From Mobula hypostoma (Eukaryota): a stretch of DNA of 64,000 nucleotides. The stretch covers positions 74,526,001 through 74,590,000 of the forward strand of contig NC_086108.1 of assembly GCF_963921235.1 (NCBI RefSeq). The letters are read 5' to 3'. The notes beneath the pieces are model-generated. The model was not told the DNA's origin and made no database searches. It saw only the letters and a list, made by a program, of their open reading frames with translations. Shown piece by piece: positions 36,021 to 49,594 of this stretch; the stretch's first letter is position 1; the number at the start of each line of letters is the position of its first letter. The position numbers and the translations under genes were made by a program.

Positions 36021-37324
36021 CTAAACCCTTCGTTCCATCTCAAATACTTAACCTTTTAAAATTTCCTTAACACCTACCTCTTTCAGTAAGTTTTTGCTCA
36101 TAGTTTTTTATATTCTACCCTGCAAAATAACTATGCTGCAATCTCCTAATTCATCCTAAATTCATTTTACTTAGCATCAATCTTTGACTACTAATTCTCT
36201 ACTTATGCTTCAGTTTTAAAATTCCTATCACTTAGATCAAATTCTCATATGCCCTCATCTCTTCAAGCCCTTTAGGTCTTCCAAGAATTGTTTAAATCAA
36301 TAGCATCTTGTGCATTCCTCACTTCTTTTAGGTCTGTGCCTTATTCTGTAATGTGGCCCAGGATCTGCAATTCTGTCCATGATGCACTTCTGCTTTATAG
36401 ACTTGTAAACCCTGCTGACAAAATGTGCATCAGTTATTTACAGTATTGCAGTTATACACATTGTTTATCTCCATTGGCTTGATGTTCGAATTGCCTTTCG
36501 TCCCCCTTTTCTCTCTTCAATCCCTTTATCCTTCTTTCCCACAAACAGTAGGTGTTAATCCATAAGGCTATTTGATGCTATTGTATCTGAAAATAACTTT
36601 CTGTTTATGCTCTTCAGTGTGCAGAGCTATTTGAAAATGAACCACAAGGTTGGTCACTGATGAAGGGGTGAAGGAAATCAGGGAAACCCCACATTTTTTA
36701 TGCAGTTATATTTTTTTCCAGAGATTTTTATAATAGGATTTTTCATATTTAAAAATTAAATCATTCAAATTTCATAAGGATTGGAAATTTGGGAATTAAT
36801 TTGATAGAAAAGGAAATAATGTCCTAACAAATGGTGTAGTTCTAGCCTGAACTGAATTAGAAACAAAGATTGAGAACATTGTTGATCTTGTTTATCGGTA
36901 GCAGTCCCTGTACCCTGTGGTAGGGGTATTAAAATGAGGGTGTAGGTTTAAGGTGAAAGGATGAAGTATTAAAGGGGATTTGAGGGGAAGTTTTTTTTTA
37001 TTAGTGTTTGATATCTGGAACTTGCAGTTAGCGGAAGTGATGGAATCAGATGCAATCATGTTTAAAAGCCATTTGATAGGCAAAGCATGAAAGGATATGA
37101 ACCTAATTTAGGGAAGTGGGATTAGTGTATTGGGCAAAATGGATGGCTTCTGCCAAAGCACCTGTTTTGGTGTTCTACAGCTTTACAATTCTAACCAGTT
37201 TACAGAGCCCACATCACAGGTGTGTGGGCCATGCTGTGTTCATTCCTTGCCACAGAGTTGGCTCTCTGTGCAATCACAATATGAATTTGTGAGAGATGTG
37301 TTGTAAAATGAACTTGTTTGCATT

Positions 37325-38625
37325 AGACTATAAGGTGCAGAATTAGGCTATTAACCCATCAAGTCTGCTCTCCATTCAATCATGGCTGTTTTGTTTTCCC
37401 TCTCAACCCAATTTTCCTGCTTTCTCCCTATAACTTTTGATGTCTCAGTAGTGAAGAACCTTTCAACTTCTGTTTTAGATATACCCAATGACTTGGTCTC
37501 CATAGCTGTCTGTAGCAATAAATTCCACAGATTCACCACCCTGTGGCTAAGGAAATTCTGCCTCATCTCTGTTCTAAAGGCCCTTGTATTCAGAGGTTGT
37601 ACCCCCTGGTCCTAGACTCACCTGTTTGGTAGATTTCAATAAGATCCTCGTTCGTAATTCTAAACTTCAGTGAGTACAAGCCCAGAGCCATCAAATGCTC
37701 CTCATACATTAACCCTCATTCATTCCTGGGATAATTTTTTGTAAACCTCCTCTGGTGCCAGCACATGCATTGTTAGATATGAAGCCCAAAACTGCTCACA
37801 ATACTCCAAATGTGGTCTGACCAATGCCTTGTGAAACCTCATCATAACATCTTTGCTTTTGTATCCTAGTCCTCTTGAAATGAATGTTAACATTGCATTC
37901 GCCTTCCTTACTACCGATTCAACCTGCAAGTTAACCTGTAAGGAATCTTGCAACAGGACTTCCAAGTTGCTTTGCCCTTATGATTTACGAATTCACTCCC
38001 ATTCAGAAAATAGTCTACACCTTTACTCCTTCCAGAAAGTGCATTATCATGTGCTTCCCTACACTATTCCATCTGCCACTTCCTGTTCTCCTAATCTGTC
38101 CAAGTCCATCTGCAGACTCCTTCCTTCCTCAACACTATCTGCCCCTCCACCTATCTTTGTATCAAGTGGAAACTTGGCCACAAAGCCATCAATGATAATC
38201 CTGGTCATTAACATACAGTTGAAGTCAGAAGTTTACATACACCTTAGCTAAATACATTTAAACTCAGTTTTTCACAATTCCTGACATTTAATCCTATCAA
38301 GGTGTATGTAAACTTCTGACCCACTGGGAAAGTGATGAAAGAAATAAAAGCTGAAATAAATCATTCTCTCTAATATTATTCTGATATTTCACATTCTTAA
38401 AATAAAGTAGTGATCCTAACTGACCTGAGACAGGGAATGTTTTCTAGGATTAAATATCAGGAATTGTGAAAAACTGAGTTTAAATGTATTTGGCTAAGGT
38501 GTATGTAATCTTCTGACTTCAACTATATAATGTGAAAAATAGTGGACCCAACACTGACCATTGCAGAACACTAGTCACCAGTAGCCAACCAGAATAGGCC
38601 CAATTTTTGCCCACTCTGTTCCTAC
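37325..38625 (-). mobile_element. CR1 LINE 3' part, interrupted by a Tc1 element
   Basis: ISRGLGYKSKDVMMRFHKALVRPHLEYCEQFW and NFLSHRVVNLWN motifs. Confidence 0.88.
38216..38525. mobile_element. Tc1 (Sleeping Beauty/salmonid-subfamily-like) internally deleted element with IR/DR ends
   Basis: TA|CAGTTGAAGTCAGAAGTTTACATACACCTTAG ... CTAAGGTGTATGTAATCTTCTGACTTCAACTA|TA; inner DR GGTGTATGTAAACTTCTGACCCACTGG at ~38301-38328. Confidence 0.92.
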
Positions 38626-41269
38626 AGGAGAGGCTTAAGTAGACATATACCATAACTTTGTGGTAATGCAGTAGCATGAATGATGCTAGAAATTTACACT
38701 GGTGTTCAATATTTTGGGGTCATAATAGAATATTGTTAAAGTGGAAGGGTTTTCCCTCCCTACAGAGGAGGAGATACTGCCACCTAACAAAGTATCTTAA
38801 ACATGTTTTATTACATTTTAGTATAAAGTATAAATGTTTATAAAAGTCTTAAAACATTTAAAATGCAAAGGATTTCTATTATAAAGATTTCCAAATTAGA
38901 AGTGCTTTTTAAAACAAAGGATTTCCAAAATACAGGTACAATTCCAATAAGCTTAAAAGACATATCAACGAGCTGCCAATGAGTTGTCAGTCACAGAAAT
39001 CAAAGACAGGAATAGATTCTAGTCAACCCATAGTTTTGTCATTCTTGTCGTCCCTTGACCATTCCTAGCAAGCCTGACTGTTCTCTTACATGTACACTGA
39101 TTTTTGCTACTTGGTGACTTCACATGCATGTGATATTTTTTCAGATACCTGTTCACGCAGATGGTCTAAAAGCTTTTGGCGACAGAGATCCCAAACACCC
39201 AAAGCTAATTCTGTGAAGCCTGACTCTCTGAGTACACAAATCTCTCAGCTATTTATAGATCAGCTATTTGATGTGCTAATTAATAGTATCAGTCTGGTCT
39301 GCAAGTTTCCTTGAACTTAATAACTTAGTGTAGTCTGATGTGATGCAACCCCTATAACATAATCGCTTTGTTTTACCCTGCATCTCTTGAGCAGCCAGGC
39401 CTGTGCTGTGGGCCAGCAACCTGTGCTCTATAGACAGCACTGTTAGATTACAAAGCTGGCCTTTTAGCTTCAGACTGATTATTGCTTTCCATTTACATTA
39501 GGAACTGAAGACTGGTTCTTGTTTACCACCAGGAGCTGAACAAGGAATAGGAGTTGGGAGTTTAACTTAAAAACAACTCTTTGCTTTCTACAAGTGTCAC
39601 TTGCTGTATTAAAAAGCTGAGCTTGGCAAAGAAGGCCCCCAGCCCTGGACAGTGAATATCTATCACTCAGTCTGCTGTATAGAAAGCCCCAGCTTCCATC
39701 TAAGTGGCTTCAACACCTATTCCTCAAAGTTTTAGTATAAATGGAGAAGATGGAAAACACTGAATAACAATTTTCCTAGAGTCTTGAGTTGTATTTGAGG
39801 AGGTAAGATGTAAATGCTAGGATGAGGGTGGTTGAGGAGTGAAGGAAGCTTGGAGGTTTGGGTAGGTAAAGGAGAAACAAAAAATGAGTGAGTTGTGTGT
39901 GTGTCTGCAAATACAGTTAAGTGTTTGTATGAAAACATTTCTATGCCCCTTTGTCCGAATTTAAGATCTCCCTCCCTTGGTGCTTCTTTCTCCTTCATCG
40001 CAGACTTGTATGTTGCTGCTGTCTGGCTGTAGATGTAGTGTGCCTTCAGAATCTTGATGGTGACATTGATTTTTGCCTGCTCTGGAGTGGGGGGTTGTGG
40101 TGGCAGGGGGAGGTGGACCATGTAGTTTGCTTTTATCTGTTCTTTTTGATGGAAACTACATTAAACTTATTGGTGTTCCACCAATTTCCTGATTTTTGTG
40201 AGGAAATCAAAAAAGAGCAATTCTATTTTGAGCCAATAATACAATAATAACTCACTGTCAAGTGTAAAGACAAAATCTGCTGTTCCATTAATTTTGTGGT
40301 ATTTTGAAAGAAATCAGATGGGTGAAATCCATTTTTGAGCCAATAATATAAGAGTAAATCACTATGATGTGAGAAGACAGAAACTGAACGTTGTTCTCCA
40401 CTTAATCAAAGTCTTTCGCAAAGACTAAATCATATGTTAATTGTACTGGAAATTCTGCTACAAATATTCTATTCATTTAGCTATAGTTTCTAGCCACTGA
40501 ATATTAAAACTAGTTATTTTCAGAATGGCACTGGCATAATTTAATGAGTTAATTTGTATATGCTTTAGCACACTTTGCCAAACATAATGCCTATCTTTTT
40601 ACACAGGTTGGCTGGTTAGAGAACTGGGTGAATCAAACATGCAAATCTTCAAGAATTAACTACTTATATCAGTTCAGTTCAGTGATACATCAGTCAACTA
40701 CACATATATTTTTCAATCAAAATTAAGTTTTCATTCCATTGTTTTTGGGATAAAAGCACTATTCTGAAATAGCTACAGAGTGATTAATTTCAAATGAAAT
40801 AATTTGAGCCTTTTTCAAAAAGATATGGTGATACTGTAGATTACTATAAATTTTTCAGGTTAAACCCTAGGTTTTTCTTTCCATTTAACTTAAATTTAAG
40901 AATCCTGCTTTAGTGAAGTTGATTTTTTTGAAGATGAACTATATTTAAACCATTCAAAACCAAAGTAATTTTAAAATGGTTCTACTAACTAAACATATTT
41001 GCAAATACAGTCAAACACAAACTCCAAATGAATATTTGGTCACTAGTAGTCCTGATGTTGTCTCCCTTTTTCACCAGTTGAGGGTGCTGGTGAATTGTGA
41101 TTGCTATAAAATGGTAATTAAACTATAATATCAGTCAATATTAGATTCAGAATGAAGGCAGGACTCTTGATGAGATCTAGTTGCGTAACAATTGTTACCA
41201 TTGGCAGATGTATTAGAAACAAATATTACTTTTTTGAAGCTTTTTGAGAAATATCAACATGTATTTTCT

Positions 41270-42260
41270 TAGGCAGGTTCTCAGGATGAAAGATGACTTG
41301 CTTCCACTCCAATTCTCTGAGTACTGAGGTGACTGGTGTCCCTGCCACAGATGGGGCAGAACTTGCTTGGTGGGTCATCTATGGGCTTTTGTGTGCTCCT
41401 GATACATGGTCCCAATGTTCTCAGTATCACCCTGAATCTCATCCACTTCGAGTGGCCATGGGTCAGAGGGAAGTCTACAATTTTTCCAATAGGTTTAAAA
41501 ACATCTTTCAATCTTCTTTTCTCGCCATATAGATATCTCTTCCTGTGGCAGAGATCTGAATTGAATACTTGTTTTGGGAGTTCAGTGTTCAGATGTGAAT
41601 AACATGGCCTGTCCGAGGATCTGGCTGCAGAAGCTGGTCTGGAGAAGACACTGATAATGAATCATTCATGCTTCCAGTCGATCTGGATAATTTTGGTGAT
41701 ATCTTTTTGGTGTTCTGTGCTGTTTGCTGAAGTATCTCAAATCTCGGAAGCAAATAGAAGCGCTGGGATTACTGGTGCCTGGTATACCTCAAGTTCTAAG
41801 TTTTATGCCTGATTTGAACTGTTGTTATTCAGATTCCCTTTTCTTCAAATGGTCAAAAGCTGCGCTAGTGAATTTTATCATTGACATCTGTGTCATTGCC
41901 CCAATAGTTCTTCCAGAATTTATTGCCATAATATGGTGCCTTATTTCGAACAAAATTCTGCTGAGAGTTGAACTAAGTCAGTTGTAAGCTGTTCTACCTG
42001 TGTTGCCTCTGTTCTTCAACCAAGGACAACCAGCTTCAGAAATCATGCTGCAGCATGCACACAATGTTTTGTATATGCATATTTTTGGAGTCTGGGCTCT
42101 GAGTCATTATCAACTTGTTCACTAAAGCACACATGGATTGCCCTTCTACTAAAGATTCATGAAACAGGTCCTCTAGCAACCTGCTCCTGTTGTGCAATTC
42201 CACCCTCCAAAGGCTCACATTCAAAAACCTGGTAAATGTACACCAGTTTCCCATATCTCA
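41270..42260 (-). mobile_element. Old RTE LINE 3' fragment
   Basis: RTE-type 3' end (GATGACTTGCTTCCACT..CCTGCCACAGATGGGGCAG on +) and a CPICGR zinc-knuckle-like peptide on the minus strand. Confidence 0.55.
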
Positions 42261-43394
42261 GGAGTCACTTCTCAATGAAGACAAATGATAGTGAAATAGA
42301 GTATTTGAAGATTAAGACCTCAGATTCCACACAATTCATCAGCACATGTAGAGTGCTGTTGAAGTGTAATTAAAGGTGAGTGCCAATGACCGAGTAGTAA
42401 CAGACCTATAAATAATTCCTTGAAAGTATGTTCACTTTCTTCCTTGGCAGAAATCAACCAGTGAAAGATGTTGGAAAACTAGATTCCTGAATCAACCCAA
42501 ACTAAAAGTTTGGTTACATCAGGAACATCTTAAGTCTTTACAGATAATAAGTTTGTTCAAATGTAATTGACAGAAAAATCTTCTTATTAGTTGATCAGTA
42601 GGCATTGGTGATGTGGCAGTAGTCATATCTGAACTTCATTCTCTGTTTTCATACAGCTGTAGGAACTCTACCACAGCAGCACATCACATGATCTTCAAGC
42701 TCATTGAGTGGAACTGAATCTGCTGCATCCTTAACCTTTCATGCATGTGGTTTAGTCTAAAATCAAGTCTAGACACTTGGATTCAGGTAACATAAAGTAT
42801 GTTATCAGATCTTCAGACATTCTATTGAGTCTTTAAATTCCATTGATATATAGTCATTTTAATAATGTTGTGGATGAAACTTGACTTTTATGGTCATTAA
42901 TTGGAGCATAGTTGTTTCTTGTGACATTGTTGTGCAGATTAAGCAGCACAGAAACAAGTCACTTCCTTCATCCAAATCTATAAATGTAATCCTCTTTTTC
43001 CCTCCTCCCGCCCCCTTATCATTGATAAATCTCTTTTTAAATGCATCTATTTTTTTCAAGCACTCCCACTGTGGGATTTTGAAAACACTTGCAGTAAAGA
43101 AATTTCTTTTCAATTCATCAATTTATTAGAAACTATTATATATTGATAGCTCCCATATACTTTCCCACATAGAAGCAATCTCTGCGTCTACACTATGAAC
43201 ACCTTCCATAATTTTTAAGACCTTTATTAGGTCATCTTCCACCCTTCTTTTCTCAAGCAGAGTAATTGGTGTATCATTTATGTAAAGTTTGATGCTCATA
43301 TTTTAGTAAATCAATGGCATTTCATCATATGTATGTTCACTTACATAATGTATGCTACATATTACATATGTTCATTTAGTAGTACTGTGGCAAC

Positions 43395-44708
43395 CCACCT
43401 TCTACGCAGGCGAACCAGCTTCACTGTGATGAAGTGCTTTGAGGGATCGGTGATGAATCATGTCAACTCATCCGGCGGAACAACTTGGATTCACTCCAAT
43501 TTGCCTACCGTCATAACAGGTCAACAGCAGATTCCATTTTGTTGACTCTTCATTCAACCCTGGAACATCTGGACAATGAAGATGCATACATCAGGAAGCA
43601 CCTCACTGAATACAGCTCAGCATTCAATACTATCATCACCTTAAAACTAATCAATAAACTTCAAGACCTAGGCCTCAATATCTCCTTCTGCAACTGGATC
43701 CTCGATTTCCTCACTTGAAGACCCTAGTCAGTTCAGATTGGCAACAACATCTCCTTAATCACCATCAATACAATTGCAGAATAATGCTGTATGCTTAGTC
43801 TCCTGCTCTACTTGCTTTATACTTATGACTGAGGGGCTAAGTGTAGCTGACAACATTACTGTCGTTGGGTGAATCAAAGGTGATGACAAATCAACATTAA
43901 GGAGGCAGATTAAAAATCTGACTGGTGCCACAACAACAACCTCTCACTTAACATCAGCAAGACCAAGAAGCTGATTATTGACTTCAGGAGGAGAAAACTA
44001 GAGGTCCATGAGCCAGTTCTTATCTGGGCTTCAGAGGTGGAGAGGGTTGGCAAATTTAAATTTCAGTGTTATCATTTCAAGTGTCATTAAAAAGAAGGCA
44101 CCACAGTGCCTCTACTTTCTTCGAAGTTTGCAAAGGTTTGGCTTGTCATCCAAAAGCTTGACAAACTTCCATAGATGTGTGGCTGAGAGTATACTGACAG
44201 GTTGCATTGCAGCCTAGTATGGAAACGCCATTTCCCTCAAACAAAAAGCCTACTAAATCCTTCCCACCATTGAGCACATCTACAAGGAGCACTGTTGCAG
44301 GAAAGCAGCATCCAATTTCAACGACCCCCACCATCCAGGCCATGTTTTCTTCTCACTGCTGCCATCAGGATGAGGTACAGGAGCCTCAGGTCCCACTCCA
44401 CCAGGTTCAGGAACAGTTAATACCCCTCAACAACCCCTGATCCCACAACCTATGTACTCACTTTCAAGGACTCTTCAATTCATGTTCTCAATATTCACTG
44501 CTTATTATTTATTGTTATCATTTTGGTTTTATCTTTTTGTATTTGCAGTTTGCTGTGTTTTGCACGTTGCCCATCTTTGTCGTGCAGAGTTTTTCATTGT
44601 ATTGTGTTTCTTTGTATTTACTCTGAATGGTTGCAAGAAAATGAATCTCAGGGTAGTATATGGTGACATATATGTATTTTGATAATAAATTTACTTTGAA
44701 CTTTGAAC
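43395..44708 (+). mobile_element. Rex/Babar LINE, RT to 3' end
   Basis: [44 protein letters not shown]; tail AATAAATTTACTTTGAACTTTGAAC. Confidence 0.88.
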
Positions 44709-46599
44709 ATTATTTTCCTGAGTGTTACATGAATTGAATATTGAATGAAAATACTGAAAAGAAACTTTCATTCAATGTACAATATATTGTCGGCAGCTTA
44801 TCTCACCCGACATTGAAATGTTAGCACGTAGCTGCATCAGTTAACATTATATATCTATAGCTACGTTAATGGAGAAATATCCATGAACTAATTGCTTTCA
44901 TCTGGAGTTTGATATATTTGCAAATTCACATAAATTAGCCACTGAGTTTTAGATATGAATGAATCATCTGTTTTTGCTGAGTATGTGCCATAACTGGTAC
45001 AGAAATTTAAACATATGTATAGAGGCCATGACACAGATAAATATTACTAAGCTGTCAGGATATGTATTGAATTGTGTTGTATTACGTTTGTGTAACAAGA
45101 TAAATATTTGTTGTTTTTAATGATACATTAAATTTGACTACAGGGTATCAAATCTTGTGTGGTGATCAAGACGATTCCTGAAAATTGCGCTAATATAAAT
45201 TCGGTTTGTGGATTCTCTATTCCAGTAGTGATTCATTTATTTAGCTTACATGCATGAAAACATACAGTGAAACATGTCAACTACCAACACAACCTAAGGA
45301 CCTGCTGTGGTCAGTCCACAAGTGTTGCGCATATTCCGGCACCAACATAGCATTCCCATAATATTCAGAAGCACCACACAGGCACCACCAACAACAGCAA
45401 AAACATATTCCTTTCCTCCCTCTCGCACACCCATTCCAATCCCAGGACTGGCCAGCTCTGGGCCTCTTGCCTCCAGTGGACTTACAGACTCACAGATATC
45501 GGGCCTCTGACTTCCCCAGTGGACTCAGAGACCCAGAGCCTCGGCATTTAGGCCTCAACTTCCGATTTCCAATTGATCCTCGGGCTGCAGTCTTTGGTAT
45601 TGACCCCAGGATTCACCAGTGATGGGCCCCCAGACTCTCTGATGTCAGACCTCATTGCCCTATTGTTATTTTGGTGTAGGGGATAGAAGATTAATTATAG
45701 TATAAAATAGAAACCTTTTAGGCGTACTCCATTACCTCATGGTAATTGACGAACCTTACCACATGGAGCCGTAATTATTCAACAGAATAAGGATTACTAA
45801 TGAGATATTTTCATATTTATTTTCTAAGAATTATTGTTTCTTTAAGCAATTGAAATTATTAATATAAATTCACAATGAATTTACTTTGATTTTGTTTTCT
45901 GTAAGTCTAAATTTCAGAATAGAAATTTATTTTTTGAGTGTTGATTATTTGTTTATTTCTCATTCATATTATATTTGTGCCTACTTTTCCTCGTCAGGAA
46001 CAAGTGATGACTTTGTGTACATTTTGTGCTGATTAAGGTGAGAACATGAAATGTAGAATACAGAACAGTATGCCAGATGAACGGGATCTTCAGCCCACCA
46101 TGATGCCGGTCAACTCATTCCATTTGCCTGCACATGGTCTGTTACCTCTATTTCCTGCCTCTTCACATGTCTATCTAAATGCTTTAATATTGCTATCATA
46201 TCTGCTTCTACCTACTTCGCTGGCAGTGGGTTCCATGTACTTGACCATTCTGTGTAAAAACAAAACTTGCATCCTACATCTCTTTAAACTCTCTTACTCT
46301 CACCTTAAGACCATATCTTCTGGTATTCGATATTTCAACCCAAATAACAGTCATATATTTGTCCACTTGCTTAACTTGTATATGTCACCTTGAAGCTTCT
46401 TTGCGTCCTGTTCTCAACTTGTAATCCAGTGTTATGCTATGCGTAGACTTAGGGATATATTTAGTTCGCTAATTCAAGTCATTGATATGTAGCTGGGACC
46501 CACGCAAAAATCAATGAAGGCCAGGTTTATTTGGATACAAAGTGCCACATCTGTTCAAATGAGCCACTGTAGTCAGCTACAAAACACAATGATTCTATA

Positions 46600-46835
46600 T
46601 AGTCATAGTCATAGTCATACTTTATTGATCCTGGGGGAAATTGGTTTTCGTTACAGTTGCACCATAAATAATTAAATAGCAATAAAACCATAAATAATTA
46701 AATAATAATATGTAAATTATGCCAGGAAATAAGTCCAGGACCAGCCTATTGGCTCAGGGTGTTTGGCCCTCCAAGGGAGGAGTTGTAAAGTTTGATGGCC
46801 ACAGGGAGGAATGACTTCCTATGACGCTCAGTGTC
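46600..46835 (-). mobile_element. Rex/Babar LINE 3' end, same subfamily as 4725..5470
   Basis: (ATAGTC)n tail and reverse-complement match to ~5240-5470. Confidence 0.85.
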
Positions 46836-47032
46836 GCCAAGAGCTGTAGATTCTGTGGGGTTGGAATTCAAGAATGCTTCTCCTTCCTCCGGAAAATACT
46901 TACAGCTGCTGTTAATTGTTCATTTGACCGTCCTGTGGCCAGAGTTTACATACCTGGCAATGACATGAAAGGTCATTAATGGGCTTCACGGATGTTCTGC
47001 AGAACAAGTGAATGGAAGCTTTTCTTGTAAGG

Positions 47033-47510
47033 AATCAGAGGAGATTTACGAGGATGTTGCCTGGATTGGGGAGCATGCCTTACGAGCATAGGTTGAGTGA
47101 ACGTGGCCTTTTCTCCTTGGAGCGACGGAGGATGAGAGGTGACCTGATAGAGGTGTATAAGATGATGAGAGGCATTGATCATGTGGATAGTCAGAAGCTT
47201 TTTCCCAGGGCTGAAATGTCTTAACATGAGAGGACACAGTTTTAAGGTGCTTGGACACAGGTACAGAGGGGATGTCAGGGGTAAGTATTTTACACAGAGA
47301 GTTGTGAGTGTGTGGAATGGGCTGCCGGCGACTGTGGTGGAGGCAGATATACTTTTAAGAGGCTCCTGGATAGGTACATAGAGCTTAGAAAAACAGAGGG
47401 CTTATGGGTAACCCTAGGTAATTTCTAAGGTAAGGACATGTTCGGCACAGCATTGTGGGCTGAAGGGCCTGTATTGTGTTGTAGGTTTTCTATGTTTCTA
47501 TATTTCTAAG
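47033..47510 (+). mobile_element. CR1 LINE 3' fragment
   Basis: [34 protein letters not shown]; tail TTTCTATGTTTCTAT. Confidence 0.9.
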
Positions 47511-47584
47511 TATTCGACCAATCATTGCTTGCTTCTCAGCAATAGACTCAATTGTTCCGACAAAGAAAATAAACCCTAAATTCA

Positions 47585-48020
47585 TTATTGATCCCTGCAG
47601 GCTGTAATATGCCCATATAAATGCTCAGTTGCTATTCTTGAGGTTATGTTGGATCTTGGGTAGGAGTGTGGGAGGCCACAGACAGGTTAGAGTGAGAATA
47701 TAACAGAGAGATGGTATGCAAAGCAGTCATTCCAGTATATATTTGGTTTCTCCGATGTAGAGGTAACCACATTTTATTGTACTATTGACGAATGGTTGTC
47801 CCTCATTTCACCCTGTGACATTCCCTATGTTCCACCCATTGTCCTTCCCCATCTTCTCTATTACTTAGGCCAACTCTTTTTTCCTTATTATTGGTTCTGA
47901 TGAACAGCCTTTGACCCGAAATGTTAGCTGCTTCTCTTCTCACAGAATCTGCTTGACTGGATGAGTTCTTCCAGCATTTCTATTGTTGTTTCAAATTCAT
48001 GCAGTTTTATTTCATTTGCA
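47585..48020. mobile_element. Penelope-like fragment with inverted halves and a degenerate hammerhead motif
   Basis: Minus-strand LYIGETKY-like piece (~47740-47765), then a plus-strand pLTR-like tail CTGATGA..CCCGAAA..TGAGTTCTTCCAGCA. Confidence 0.55.
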
Positions 48021-49594
48021 TAAATAGAAAGGAAGCTATTTTAGAAGATGGAGGCAAAGATAGATACTGAACAGGAGAGAAGAAACAAAGTATCATTTAT
48101 GTATCAATTTTGTCAGATCCAAGATTCTTCGTAAGGAAAATGAGCTTTACACCCAACTAGGTACTTACTAAGGTGCAGTCATAGTTCTAAATTAAAGAAA
48201 CACACAGCGTCATCCTATATGTAGCAACAGAATAATAACCGTTGTATTAGTTGAGTGATGAATATTGTCAGGGCAAAAAATAGAGCTGCTCTAGTTGTCA
48301 GTTAATATAATAGAACCTTTTGCAGCTACCTGAGAAAGCAGAGAAGGGTTTAGTTTAATATTTCAGCTGAGAATTAACACCTCCAATTCTGTAATATTCC
48401 CTTGGTTATACTGAAGTGTCAGCTTGGATGATGCATTCATCTCTGCTGTAGAAGCTGAGCCTGCAAGTTTCTTACTCCAGAGATAAGAGCACTGCCGCTG
48501 TGCCAAGGCTGGTCAGAAATAAAACTATTACGGTGAGTGAAAGAATAGTTCAACAAAAATTTTCTGGAAAAGTTTAGAGAAAGAGGTAATACCAGAGTTT
48601 AAAGGCTAGAGACTGTGTAGGTCTGTGAAGTGATGAGTCTGGAGTAATCTGTTTCTGTGGAGGACAGTTTACATGTGCTGATATATCTCTGCAAGAAGTG
48701 ACTCTCACTGGGTTAGGTGTATCCCTGGAGGCAATCAAAGATGAAATCAAAAACTTGAATGCTGAGATAGAGGGAAGTAAATCTCAGAGTTGATGGGAAG
48801 GAAGCACCTGGTATAAATGAAGACATAATTCCTTACAATCTGTATGTGCTTCAGAGGTGAAGGTGGGGAAAATTTGAATTCAGGAGTAACAACAAGTATT
48901 TTGAGAGAAAAGGAGGAAAACAGAACCAAAAAAAAATCATGTACTGTATATCACTTGAAAAATAGTGATTTGCATTAATGATCTGGAGGAGTTTTGTCTA
49001 AGATCGCAATAAATTTCCTTACTTTATTTTCTTGACAGCCCTTGCATGAATACTGAATTAATTATATGTAGCATCAATGTGCCATGAAGGGAGCAACATC
49101 AAAATACTTTCATTATTCATTCACAGGATGTGAGTATTTCTGGAAAAGCAACGTTTAAACAATTTAAGCAATATACTGGAAAGACAGGGTGTAGGGATCA
49201 GAGGCGACAACTGATTTAGCTCACTCTCCCACTATGTCAACTCCTCCCTCTCCCTCTCCCTCTCCCTCTCCCACAGCACTGAGGATATGAAGATTGCCCC
49301 CTGGCTGCTGTGCTTGCTGCCTGCTAATATGATGGACTGTTAGCAATGCTTGGGCCTATTCTGGGCTGCTCCAGTGTTCGGATCTGAGGACTCATTTTGG
49401 TCTGAAATGTTGTTGCTTGCTTCTATTGTTTGCACGATTAGTGTTTTCCCCCCTTTTTCTGCACATTAGGTGTTGGTCTTTATTTATTTATTTATTTTTA
49501 AAGTTGGGTTCTTTTGGGTTTCTTGCTCTGTGGCCATCTGTAAGCAAACAAATCTGAAGGTTGTATAATTCATAATTCTTTAATATTAAATGTG

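Noticed and set aside
38216..38525. Sleeping Beauty vector contamination or transgene
   Set aside because: No cargo, both ends are right-IR type, it has point substitutions including the terminal base, and it is nested with a TA duplication in an endogenous CR1.
49244..49272. (CTCCCT)n microsatellite
   Set aside because: Short simple repeat inside a retroposon; unremarkable.
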